64,000 nt of DNA from Desulfosoma sp. (lineage in GTDB: Bacteria > Desulfobacterota > Syntrophobacteria > Syntrophobacterales > DSM-9756). The DNA lies in contig JBBFKW010000006.1 in assembly GCA_037481835.1 (NCBI GenBank), positions 96,001-160,000 of the forward strand. The letters run 5' to 3'. Below are positions 18,878-29,091 of this stretch, in pieces (position 1 is the stretch's first letter; each line of letters begins with the position of its first letter). A model generated the notes under the pieces. That model was not told where the DNA came from and made no database searches. It worked only from the letters and a program-made list of their open reading frames with translations. A program made the position numbers and the translations under genes.

Positions 18878-19280
18878 CCCCCCCTCACCCCGCCCTCTCC
18901 CCCCAAAGGGGGGAGAGGGGGATGAGTTCAAATATCCGTAGAGTGGTTCTTAGCCCCTACCGTTCCTCTCTGCCAAAGGGGTGAGAGGGGGATACACACA
19001 GTTCGACGCAGAGCTGCTCCTAGCCCCGACCGTTGCCTCTCGCCTCCTTTGGGGGGAGAGGGGAATAAACACATTTAAACGTAGAGCGGATCTTAGCCCC
19101 TACCTTTCCCTCTCGCCCCAATGTGGGGAAAGGGGGATTGTTAGACGCAGAGCCGCTCTTCATCCTGACCGTTGCCTCTCTCCCCAAGGGAGGAGAGAGG
19201 GGTAAAGTTCATTATACGTAGAGCCATTATGAGCCCCTCCCCTTCCGTCTCCCCAAAGGGGGAAAGGGAAAAGGGTGAGG
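18878..19280 (+). repeat. BoxC/PIT-like element with a ~66-73-bp array (5 units)
   Basis: Each unit is a CCTCTC..GAGAGGGG hairpin, a variable A/T-rich 10-16 nt stretch, then CG(T/C)AGAGC..TTAGCCCC(T/G)ACC; units start at about 18893, 18965, 19036, 19109, 19175. Confidence 0.8.
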
Positions 19281-19314
19281 CGGTGAAGCACACTCGCGGG
19301 CGGAGAAGTCATCC

Positions 19315-19748
19315 TCCCTTTCCGCCTTCGGGGAATTCCAGCGCCCCTCCTCCCTTTGGGCCATTCCAGACTCTCTCTCCCCCTCTAAAGAATTTAAGGC
19401 TCCTTCTCGCCCCCTTGGGGAATTTCAGACGCCCTCTCCCCTCCTTGGGAAATCTTAGGCTCCCTCTCCCCCCTCTGGAGAATTTCAGGCTCCCTCTCCC
19501 CCCTCTGGGGGGAGAGGGCCGGGGTGAGGGGGGGCCTCATTCCTCCGCCTGCTTCCCGGGGGGTTACGGCCTGTCGGCGGAACAGTACACCGTCAAGCCT
19601 GCCAAGGCGATTCCAGGCTCCCTCTCCCCGTTGGGGAATCCTAGACCCCCTCGGCCCCTCTGCGAAATCTTAGACACCTTCTGCCCCTCTGGGAAATCTT
19701 AGGCTCCCTCTCCCCCCTTTGGGGGGAGAGGGCCGGGGTGAGGGGGGC
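19315..19748 (-). repeat. Two BoxC/PIT-like elements, each with a ~30-bp array
   Basis: Units TCCCTCTCCCCCCTCTGGAGAATTTCAGGC in 30-bp register (19371, 19401, 19431, 19461) ending in an anchor at 19492-19534; second anchor at 19706-19747. Confidence 0.85.
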
Positions 19749-19813
19749 CTTCCTCCTTTACGATTCCTTCTCAACCCTGAACCCATGCCCCCCGCCGGAG
19801 GACCCCGCGCGCC

Positions 19814-19975
19814 ATGATCCCCCCGAGCCGCCTCTTCGCTGCCGGACGCCGAACCGTTTCCCGGGATCTTCCCGACTTGGGCCGGGACCTCCTCGTCGGC
19901 TGCCTGAACACCGTCGTCGGCTTTGTGGGGAGCCGTCACATCGCCTTCTTCAGCAGCAGGGAAAACTTCCGGTGA
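19814..19975 (+). pseudogene. Possible internally deleted GtrA-family remnant (53 aa)
   Basis: GGAGGA upstream; MIPPSRLFAAGRRTVSRDLPDLGRDLLVGCLNTVVGFVGSRHIAFFSSRENFR. R-x-LLVG-x-LNT resembles the GtrA N-terminal motif and joins directly to FVGSRHIAF, which resembles the GtrA C-terminal motif. Confidence 0.4.
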
Positions 19976-20020
19976 AAGCCCCCTCTTTTGCTGGAAGAGC
20001 GAGGAGCGGCGGCACGGTGT

Positions 20021-20491
20021 GGGCGCAAGGAGGGGGGATGGCCCCCCTCACCCTGCCCTCTCCCCCCTTTGGGGGGAGAGGGGAAAAGGGCGGGTATGGG
20101 CACGGCCCCGCGGGGGGAGGGGTGCGTACCCTGGCAGGAGGTGAGCCTCCGGGTGAGAAGGGGTGTGCCCCCGGCTGAGGAGGTGAGCGTCCGGGTGAGG
20201 AGGGGTGCGCCCCCGGAGAAGGATGGGCCGGGGGGTTAGATGTCGAAGTAGAGCATGAACTCGTCGGGGTGAGGGTGCAAGGAGGGGGGATGGCCCCCCT
20301 CACCCTGCCCTCTCCCCCCTTTGGGGGGAGAGGGGAAAAATGGCGAGCATGCACACCGCCCCGCGGGGGGAGAGGGGGAAAGGGCGGGCATGGGCACGGC
20401 CCCGCGGGCAGGAGGGGTGCGCCCCCGGAAAGGGATGGGCCGGGGGTTAGATGTCGAAGTAGAGCATGAACTCGTAGGGGTGGGGGCGCAA
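20021..20491. repeat. Imperfect tandem duplication containing a BoxC/PIT-like element and the glnA 3' end
   Basis: GCAAGGAGGGGGGATGGCCCCCCTCACCCTGCCCTCTCCCCCCTTTGGGGGGAGAGGGGAAAA occurs at 20025 and 20277; TTAGATGTCGAAGTAGAGCATGAACTCGT occurs at 20236 and 20447. Confidence 0.9.
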
Positions 20492-21859
20492 CCGCACCGG
20501 GTCCACTTCGTTGGACCGCTTGTATTCCAGCCACTTGGCAATGACGTCTTCCGTGAACACATCGCCTTTCAACAGGAAATCGTGATCCTGTTCCAGGGCC
20601 TTGAGAGCCTCTTCCAGGGATCCCGGCGTCGAAGGCACGTTGGCCAGTTCTTCGGGCGTCAGGGCGTAGATGTCCTTATCCAGCGGTTCCCCCGGGTCGA
20701 TGCGGTTTTCGATGCCGTCCAAGGCGGCCATGAGCAGGGCGCTGAAGGCGAGATAGCCGTTGCACGACGGATCGGGGAAGCGGATCTCGATGCGTTTCGC
20801 CTTGGGAGAAGGCGAATACATGGGAATGCGGATGGAGGCGCTTCGGTTTCGGCTGGAGTAGGCCAGGTTCACCGGGGCTTCGTAACCCGGCACAAGCCGC
20901 TTGTAGGAATTGGTCGTGGGGTTGGTGAAGGCGCACAGGGCCGCCGCATGGCGAAGGACGCCCCCTACGGCGTGCAGGGCCATTTCGCTCAAGCCCGCGT
21001 ACCGGTCCCCGGCGAACAGGGGTTTCCCTTCCTTCCAGATGCTCAGGTGGGTGTGCATGCCCGATCCGTTGTCGCCGAAAAGGGGCTTGGGCATGAAAGT
21101 CACGGTCTTCTTGTGTTTGCGGGCCACGTTCTTGATGATGTACTTGAACCACATGAGCTGGTCGCCCATCTTGACCAGGGGCGCGAAGCGCATGTCGATT
21201 TCCGCCTGGCCGGCCGTGGCCACTTCGTGGTGCTGGCATTCCACCTGGATGCCCACCTGCTCCATCATGAGCACCATTTCCGTGCGGATGTCCTGCTGCG
21301 CGTCGGTGGGCGGCACGGGAAAGTAACCTTCCTTGTGGCGCGGCTTGTAGCCCAGGTTGGGGTTTTCTTCCCGGCCGCTGTTCCAGATGCCTTCTTCCGA
21401 ATCGATGAAGTAGTAGCCGTAATGGGCTGCCGAAGCATAGCGGATGTCGTCGAAGATGAAAAATTCCGCTTCGGGCCCGAAGTAGGCCGTATCGCCGATG
21501 CCCGTGAACTTCAGGTAGGATTCGGCCTTGTGGGCGATGTAGCGCGGGTCGCGCGTGTACCGTTCCTTGGTCACCGGATCCACGATGTTGCAGATGAGGG
21601 TCAAGGTGGGCACCTGAAAGAAGGGGTCCATGACGGCCGTGTCCGGATCGGGGATGACCAGCATGTCGCTGGCGTTGATGGGCTGCCAGCCGCGGATGCT
21701 GGACCCGTCGAAACCGAAGCCTTCTTCAAAGGACGACTCGTCGAATTCGCTGATGGGCACCGTAAAGTGCTGCCAAATGCCGGGAAAGTCCAAGAAACGA
21801 AAATCCACCATCCGGGCGTTGTTTTCCTTGGCGAAAGCCATTACTTCCTGAGGGGTCAT
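20447..21859 (-). CDS. glnA: Glutamine synthetase type I
   Basis: [47 protein letters not shown]; adenylylation-site Tyr in KDIYAL. Confidence 0.98.
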   Translation of the reverse strand: MTPQEVMAFAKENNARMVDFRFLDFPGIWQHFTVPISEFDESSFEEGFGFDGSSIRGWQPINASDMLVIPDPDTAVMDPFFQVPTLTLICNIVDPVTKERYTRDPRYIAHKAESYLKFTGIGDTAYFGPEAEFFIFDDIRYASAAHYGYYFIDSEEGIWNSGREENPNLGYKPRHKEGYFPVPPTDAQQDIRTEMVLMMEQVGIQVECQHHEVATAGQAEIDMRFAPLVKMGDQLMWFKYIIKNVARKHKKTVTFMPKPLFGDNGSGMHTHLSIWKEGKPLFAGDRYAGLSEMALHAVGGVLRHAAALCAFTNPTTNSYKRLVPGYEAPVNLAYSSRNRSASIRIPMYSPSPKAKRIEIRFPDPSCNGYLAFSALLMAALDGIENRIDPGEPLDKDIYALTPEELANVPSTPGSLEEALKALEQDHDFLLKGDVFTEDVIAKWLEYKRSNEVDPVRLRPHPYEFMLYFDI

Positions 21860-21914
21860 GCAGTGTCCTCCTTATGAGAGTGGTTTGGGGTGCATCGTGT
21901 CGGTTCCAGGAATG

Positions 21915-21930
21915 AGCAATTTCCTTGCCA
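21915..21930 (-). promoter_or_regulatory. sigma54 promoter of glnA
   Basis: Minus strand TGGCAA-GGAAA-TTGCT, 55 bp upstream of the ATG. Confidence 0.85.
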
Positions 21931-22020
21931 AAGCGTGTTCGAGGGCCGCGGCGTTGGCCCGAACCTCCGAGAGCCGCCGCCACGTTCTCCCTGCGGGCAC
22001 AGGCGGTTTCGGTTTTTGAG

Positions 22021-22074
22021 GACAAAATTGTGTCGGCGGGAGGGCCGGGCGGCCTTTGTGAGACAATTTCGTCT
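22021..22074. promoter_or_regulatory. Putative upstream activator sites for glnA
   Basis: Palindromes GACA-AAATTG-TGTC (22021-22034) and AGAC-AATTTC-GTCT (22061-22074), 90-145 bp upstream of the -24 box. Confidence 0.45.
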
Positions 22075-22186
22075 TTTCCTTTCCTTTGGGCTCAAAACCT
22101 GCGGATCCGGCCCGGCAAGGATGGCAACCGAAACCCTGCGGTCATAAAAAAACCGGTTCCGCGGCGGCATGGGCGGGAAGGCTCTC

Positions 22187-24823
22187 CTAGCCTTGGCCCT
22201 TGGATCGGGGGACGTCCCAAGATCGGAGGCATTCCAGGAGGCGCTCCTCGATGAGCCCGTGCCGTTCGGGATCCTGAATCTTGCCCCCATCCAAGTCCGT
22301 GACGTAGAAGACGTCCACCACCTGGGCGCCGGGCGTGGAAATTTTCGCCAGCTGGATGTTCAGCCCCAGTTCGAACAGGGTCTGGGTCATGGCATGGAGC
22401 ACGCCGGGCCGATCCCACGTGTAAACTTCGATGACCGTGTAAAAGTCCGAGGCGCTCTCATCCAGCACGACCCGGTCGGGTTTTTTCGGCCCCAGGACGG
22501 CCTTGCGGGGAATGGGCGGCCGGTGTCGTTCCTTCAAGGCCGTCAAGGCGTCCGGGTCCCGGACGCACCGGCTGAGGTCGCTGCGCACCCTCTCCCAGGT
22601 TCCCTCGGGGTGGAGCGGGTCCGGGACGTCTTCCACGATGAGGATGTCCAGGGCGATGCCGTAGGATCGGGTGTAGATGTCCGCCGAAAGGATGTTCAAG
22701 CCGTGGAGCCACAGGACGCCGGTGATGGTGGCGAAAAGGCCCGGCCGATCCCGGCAGGCCGTGGTCACCTGCCACAGCCCTCCGTCCATGGGGCGGGCGT
22801 CCAAGGCCAGGCCCTTGTGGGGCACCTCCTTTTCCATGGCGAAGTGGCGAAGAATTTCCGAGGACGGCTGGGACAGGATGTAGCGCAACGAGAGATTTTC
22901 CAGCCAGCGCGCCACGGCGCCGTGGTCCTCCGCCGGGCACAGGGCAAGGACCTGGGCCTGGATCGCTTCCGCCCTTTCCGTCACGTCTTCCGGCCGCCAT
23001 TCGCCCCTCAGGAGCACCCGGTCCACTTTGCCGTAAAGTTCATCCATGAGGGATGCCCGCCAGGTGTTCCACGCCCCGGGGCCCGTGGCCCGGGAATCGG
23101 CCACGGCCAGGAGATACAAATGTCGCAGTTTGGTTCGGGTTCCGATCTGCATGGCGCAGCGCACGATGGGCTTTTCATCGCTCAGGTCCCTTTTCAGGGC
23201 CGTATCGGGAAGGAGCAGGTGGTGTCGGATGAGGAACTCCAGCAAGGCCTTCTCTTCGGGATCCAGCCCCAGGCGGTCGGCGATGGTGCGGCTCATTTCC
23301 GCGCCGCGCACCGAGTGGTTCTTGCCCTGCCCCTTGCCCACATCGTGGAGGAGTGCGGCGAGATAGAGGATGCGCCGGTCGGGGAGATCGTGGAACAGAT
23401 GCCGGCAGTCCACCTGGGGCTCCAGGGAGGGGACGCCCTGTTCCAACCGGTGCATTTCGCGCACGGTGCGAAGGAGGTGTTCGTCCACGGTGTAGAGGTG
23501 GTAGACGTCGTGCTGGACCCGGTAGCGCACGGAGGCCAGTTCGGGGATGAAGCTCTGGAGGAAGCCCGTTTCCATCATGACCCGAAGGATCCCGAAGGAC
23601 CGGGTGGGATTCAGGAGGATGTCGAAGAATTTGGCCACGACGGCCGGGTCGGATCGCACGGCGTCATTCACGGCCCCCAGGTTTTCCCGGACGATCCGCC
23701 CCGTCTGGTGGTGGAAATGGGCCCCCCGCTTGGCGGCTTCCCAAAAGAGGTCCATGAGCCGTTCGGGCCGTTCCCGGATTCGTTCCGGTTCCATGAAGGA
23801 CAGATGGTTGTTTTCCAGGAGGAACGGCCCGGCAAGGACGGTCCTTCGCCTCGCAAAGCGCCGATGTTTTTTGGTTTCATGGGCGAGGCGGTCCAGGAGG
23901 AAGCCGGCGATGCGGCGGATGCGCGCCGTGTGGCGGTAGTAGAGGTGCATGAAGGCTTCCACGGCGCTTCCTTCCGTGCCGTCCAGGAAGCCCAAACGCT
24001 TGGCCAGGACTTCCTGGTCCGCCATGAGCAGTCGGTCCTGGCGCTTGCCGTTCAGGTGGTGGAGCTGCAGGCGCACGCGCCACAGGAAATCTTCCGCCTG
24101 TTCCAGCCACAGGGCTTCTTCGGCGGAAAGCCAGCCCGCGTCCGTGAGGGCCTGAACCGACGGCGCTCCCAAGAAGATGACGCCGATCCAGCGGATGGTG
24201 TGGATGTCGCGAAGACTGCCGACGCCCTCTTTCAGGTGCGGCTCCAGGAGGTAGCTGCTTTCGCCGTAGCGGCTGTAGCGGCTCTTTTTGTATTCCCGGA
24301 GGTTTTCCAGGAATCGGGCGCGCTTGCCTGGGGTGAAGGTTCCAAGGAAGCGTTCACGCCATTGGCGGTAAAACTCCGGGTCGCCCCCGGCCGGGGCCGC
24401 CTCCACGTAAGTGGTCTGGACACTGAAGTCCCGGCGCATGAGGTCTTGGAGGTCCTTCGGGGAAGTGACCATGTGGCCCACTTCGAACCCGGCGTCCCAC
24501 AGGCCGGGGACCACGCGGCGGATGGCGGCTTCCAGAGCGGAAGGCAGGCGCCGTTTGTGGAGAAAGACGAGGTCCAGGTCGGAGGCGAAGCTCAACTGCC
24601 CGCGGCCGAAGCCGCCCACGGCGGCGGCGCACCAGCCGTCGGAAGCGCTGCCGGCCTCCGCGGTGATGAGTCCGCGCAGTTCTTCCAAGAGCCGTTGCGC
24701 GTAGGTGCGGGCGGCCATCACGCCGGGAACGTCGGAACCGCACGCCTTCCTGAAGTCCTCTCGAAGCTGCACCAGAGTTTTGCAGTTCATGGGAGATCCG
24801 TCTTCGCGCTCGGTCACATCCAT
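22187..24823 (-). CDS. glnD: PII uridylyltransferase/uridylyl-removing enzyme
   Basis: AVGGFGRG..SDLDL, LEPHLKEGVGSLRD, HLYTVDEH..LLHDVGKG (HD domain), two ACT domains (DRPGL, DRPGVL). Confidence 0.96.
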   Translation of the reverse strand: MDVTEREDGSPMNCKTLVQLREDFRKACGSDVPGVMAARTYAQRLLEELRGLITAEAGSASDGWCAAAVGGFGRGQLSFASDLDLVFLHKRRLPSALEAAIRRVVPGLWDAGFEVGHMVTSPKDLQDLMRRDFSVQTTYVEAAPAGGDPEFYRQWRERFLGTFTPGKRARFLENLREYKKSRYSRYGESSYLLEPHLKEGVGSLRDIHTIRWIGVIFLGAPSVQALTDAGWLSAEEALWLEQAEDFLWRVRLQLHHLNGKRQDRLLMADQEVLAKRLGFLDGTEGSAVEAFMHLYYRHTARIRRIAGFLLDRLAHETKKHRRFARRRTVLAGPFLLENNHLSFMEPERIRERPERLMDLFWEAAKRGAHFHHQTGRIVRENLGAVNDAVRSDPAVVAKFFDILLNPTRSFGILRVMMETGFLQSFIPELASVRYRVQHDVYHLYTVDEHLLRTVREMHRLEQGVPSLEPQVDCRHLFHDLPDRRILYLAALLHDVGKGQGKNHSVRGAEMSRTIADRLGLDPEEKALLEFLIRHHLLLPDTALKRDLSDEKPIVRCAMQIGTRTKLRHLYLLAVADSRATGPGAWNTWRASLMDELYGKVDRVLLRGEWRPEDVTERAEAIQAQVLALCPAEDHGAVARWLENLSLRYILSQPSSEILRHFAMEKEVPHKGLALDARPMDGGLWQVTTACRDRPGLFATITGVLWLHGLNILSADIYTRSYGIALDILIVEDVPDPLHPEGTWERVRSDLSRCVRDPDALTALKERHRPPIPRKAVLGPKKPDRVVLDESASDFYTVIEVYTWDRPGVLHAMTQTLFELGLNIQLAKISTPGAQVVDVFYVTDLDGGKIQDPERHGLIEERLLECLRSWDVPRSKGQG

Positions 24824-24886
24824 TGGCGGGGTTTCGCCGTTCGGCCCCGAGCTCCGGCGCGGTCTTCACCGGGTCCTTTGGCGGTT

Positions 24887-26870
<1,984 letters not shown>

Positions 26871-26917
26871 GCGCCATCCGTCGCCGCTTTTGAGGTCATT
26901 CCCGCGCCGGGATTCAA

Positions 26918-26933
26918 AGCAAAACTTATACCA
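26918..26933 (-). promoter_or_regulatory. sigma54 promoter of nadE-glnB-glnD
   Basis: Minus strand TGGTAT-AAGTT-TTGCT, 47 bp upstream of the nadE ATG. Confidence 0.75.
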
Positions 26934-26946
26934 AGAGGCCCGGGAC

Positions 26947-28494
26947 TCACGGCGATTCCTCGGCATCGGCGGCGCGGCTTCGGCCCGCGAATCGGCGCGG
27001 GTCGATGCCGTATTTGCGCACCTTGTACTGGACGATGCGCTTGGTGGTCCCAAGGAGGCGGGCCGCCTGGGCCTGGTTTCCCCGGGCGTCTTTCAAAGCG
27101 TCCAGGATGATGTCCCGCTCGAAGGCTCCCACCAAGGCTTCCAGTGTGCCCCGGGATTGGCGCTGGAGTTCCATGGGTTTCATCTGGAGCGTGGGCGGCA
27201 GGTGGCGGGCCTCGATGGCGTCTCCGGGGGCGAGGACCACGGCCCGTTCGATGCAATTTTCCAGTTCGCGCACGTTGCCCGGCCAGTGGTAGGCCATGAG
27301 GAGGTCGATGGCCGGGGTGGAGATGCGGTTTACGGCCTTTCCCAGGAGCTGAGCGTACTTTTGGACGAAGTAATCGGCGAGAAGGAGAATGTCCGGGCCC
27401 CGGTCCCGCAAAGGCGGCAGGAAGATGGGAAAGACGTTGAGCCGGTAGTAGAGATCGGATCGAAACCGGCCGTGAGCCGTTTCCTGTTCCAGGTCTTTGT
27501 TGGTGGCGGCCACCACCCGCACGTCCACCTTGACCACCCGAGACGATCCCAAGGGCTGAAACTCCCTTTCCTGGAGAACGCGCAGGAGCTTGGCCTGGGC
27601 CACGGGAGAAAGTTCCCCGATTTCGTCCAAGAAGATGGTGCCGCCCTGGGCTTCTTCAAACCGGCCCCTGCGCCGGGCCACCGCCCCCGTGAAGGCGCCT
27701 TTTTCGTGGCCGAACAGCTCGCTTTCCAGGAGCGTGTCCGGCATGGCGGCGCAGTTGACCCGAACGAGCGGCCCCGAGGCCCGTGAACTGTTGTCGTGGA
27801 TGGCCTTGGCCACCAGTTCCTTGCCCGTGCCCGTTTCGCCGTGGATGAGCACGGTCGTGTTGGTGTCCGCCACCTGGTCGATGAGGCGCAAAACATCGCG
27901 GATTTCCTTGGACCGGCCCAGAATTTGGGTCTTGGGCCGACGGGCCTCGGCGAGGATTTCTCGAAGTTTGCGGTTTTCCTCTTCCACGGCACGAAAATGA
28001 ACCGCCTTGCCCAGGAGTTCCGCCACGGCTTCCAGGAGTTCCACTTCCCTGGCCAGATCCTCCACATCGCGGCTCAGCTTGTCCGCCGAGAGCACGCCGA
28101 CCACACGCCCTTGGTGAAAGATGGGCACGCAGAGGAAGGCCAGTTCCCTGCGGTTGAGCTTCTTGCGGGCGCCCGTGCGGTCCAGGAAATGGGCTTCTTC
28201 GCCCAGATCGGCGATGGCCATGGGCCGGCCCGTCTGGGCCACCTTGCCCGTGATCCCTTCCCCCGGCCGGTAGATGACGCTGCCGGAACGCACATCCATG
28301 CCCAGGGCCACATCGAGCCAGGCTTCGCCGGTTTTGTGGTCCAGAATGGAAATCATGCCGCGCTGCATGCCGAGCCGAGTGCTCAGGACGGCCAAGACCT
28401 GCTGGAACTGGTCCTTGAAGTCGTCCGGGCGGGCCAGAACGCGGGCGATTTCGTGCAAGGCGCTGAGTTCTTTAAGGCTGTATTTTTCGTCCAT
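26947..28494 (-). CDS. NifA-like sigma54 activator (GAF-AAA+-HTH)
   Basis: GAF domain ([17 protein letters not shown]), [33 protein letters not shown], Fis-type HTH; no receiver domain. Confidence 0.92.
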   Translation of the reverse strand: MDEKYSLKELSALHEIARVLARPDDFKDQFQQVLAVLSTRLGMQRGMISILDHKTGEAWLDVALGMDVRSGSVIYRPGEGITGKVAQTGRPMAIADLGEEAHFLDRTGARKKLNRRELAFLCVPIFHQGRVVGVLSADKLSRDVEDLAREVELLEAVAELLGKAVHFRAVEEENRKLREILAEARRPKTQILGRSKEIRDVLRLIDQVADTNTTVLIHGETGTGKELVAKAIHDNSSRASGPLVRVNCAAMPDTLLESELFGHEKGAFTGAVARRRGRFEEAQGGTIFLDEIGELSPVAQAKLLRVLQEREFQPLGSSRVVKVDVRVVAATNKDLEQETAHGRFRSDLYYRLNVFPIFLPPLRDRGPDILLLADYFVQKYAQLLGKAVNRISTPAIDLLMAYHWPGNVRELENCIERAVVLAPGDAIEARHLPPTLQMKPMELQRQSRGTLEALVGAFERDIILDALKDARGNQAQAARLLGTTKRIVQYKVRKYGIDPRRFAGRSRAADAEESP

Positions 28495-28527
28495 TGCTGC
28501 ACATCACGGTTGCCGGGTTTGCGGGTG

Positions 28528-28985
28528 CCCCCCTCACCCTGCCCTCTCCCCCCGAAGGGGGGAGAGGGAAAAATCTGCAACTGCCTGCAGTCCCCCGAAG
28601 GGGGGAGAGGGAAAAATCTGCAACTGCCTGCGGTCCCCCGAAGGGGGATCGGGTAAATTCGGCAGCTGCCCGCGGTCCCCCGAAGGGGGAGAGGGAAAAA
28701 TCGGCGGCTGCCGATAATCCCCCCAAAGGGGAGAGCGGGAAATATCTGCAGCTGCCGATAGTCCCCCAATAGGGGGGGAAAGACAAGTGGGCCGCTGCCG
28801 GCGGCCTCCCGAAGGGAAAACGGGGTGGCAGTCAGCAGTTCCCCTGGAGGGGGAAAGGCAGCGGCGGTCAGCGGTCCCCCCAAAGGAAAACGCCGCGGCT
28901 GTCAGAAGTTCCCCAAAGGGAAAACGACGCCGCGTCCCCTAAAGGGAAAATATGGCAGGTGCCGGAAGTCCCCCAAAAGGAAACA
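28528..28985 (+). repeat. BoxC/PIT-like element with a 42-43-bp tandem array (~10 units)
   Basis: Anchor, then CCCCCGAAGGGGGGAGAGGGAAAAATCTGCAACTGCCTGC(A/G)GT in register at 28553, 28596, 28639, 28681, 28724, 28767 and onward, decaying distally. Confidence 0.9.
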
Positions 28986-29091
28986 TGTTGCCGGCGGCGG
29001 GATCCCGCGTCGCCGCTGCCGCCCTTTTGGCGCAAATGGGGCGCCCGCCGGGACGCAGGGGCCGGAAGGCGACTTTTCGGCACAGGCTTTG

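Noticed and set aside
20236..20280. glnA 3' copy as the attachment site of an island spanning the tad locus
   Set aside because: The two copies are only 211 bp apart, with no integrase or cargo between them
18577..20562. ORFs across the repeat region (PLPPxGGEGRGEG / PHPALSP peptides)
   Set aside because: They are translations of the DNA repeat; 18577..18984 also crosses the terminator. A gene remnant at 18640-18870 cannot be excluded but is unsupported
26947..28494. Naming the activator nifA
   Set aside because: No nif genes or TGT-N10-ACA site seen at its likely targets; architecture alone is insufficient
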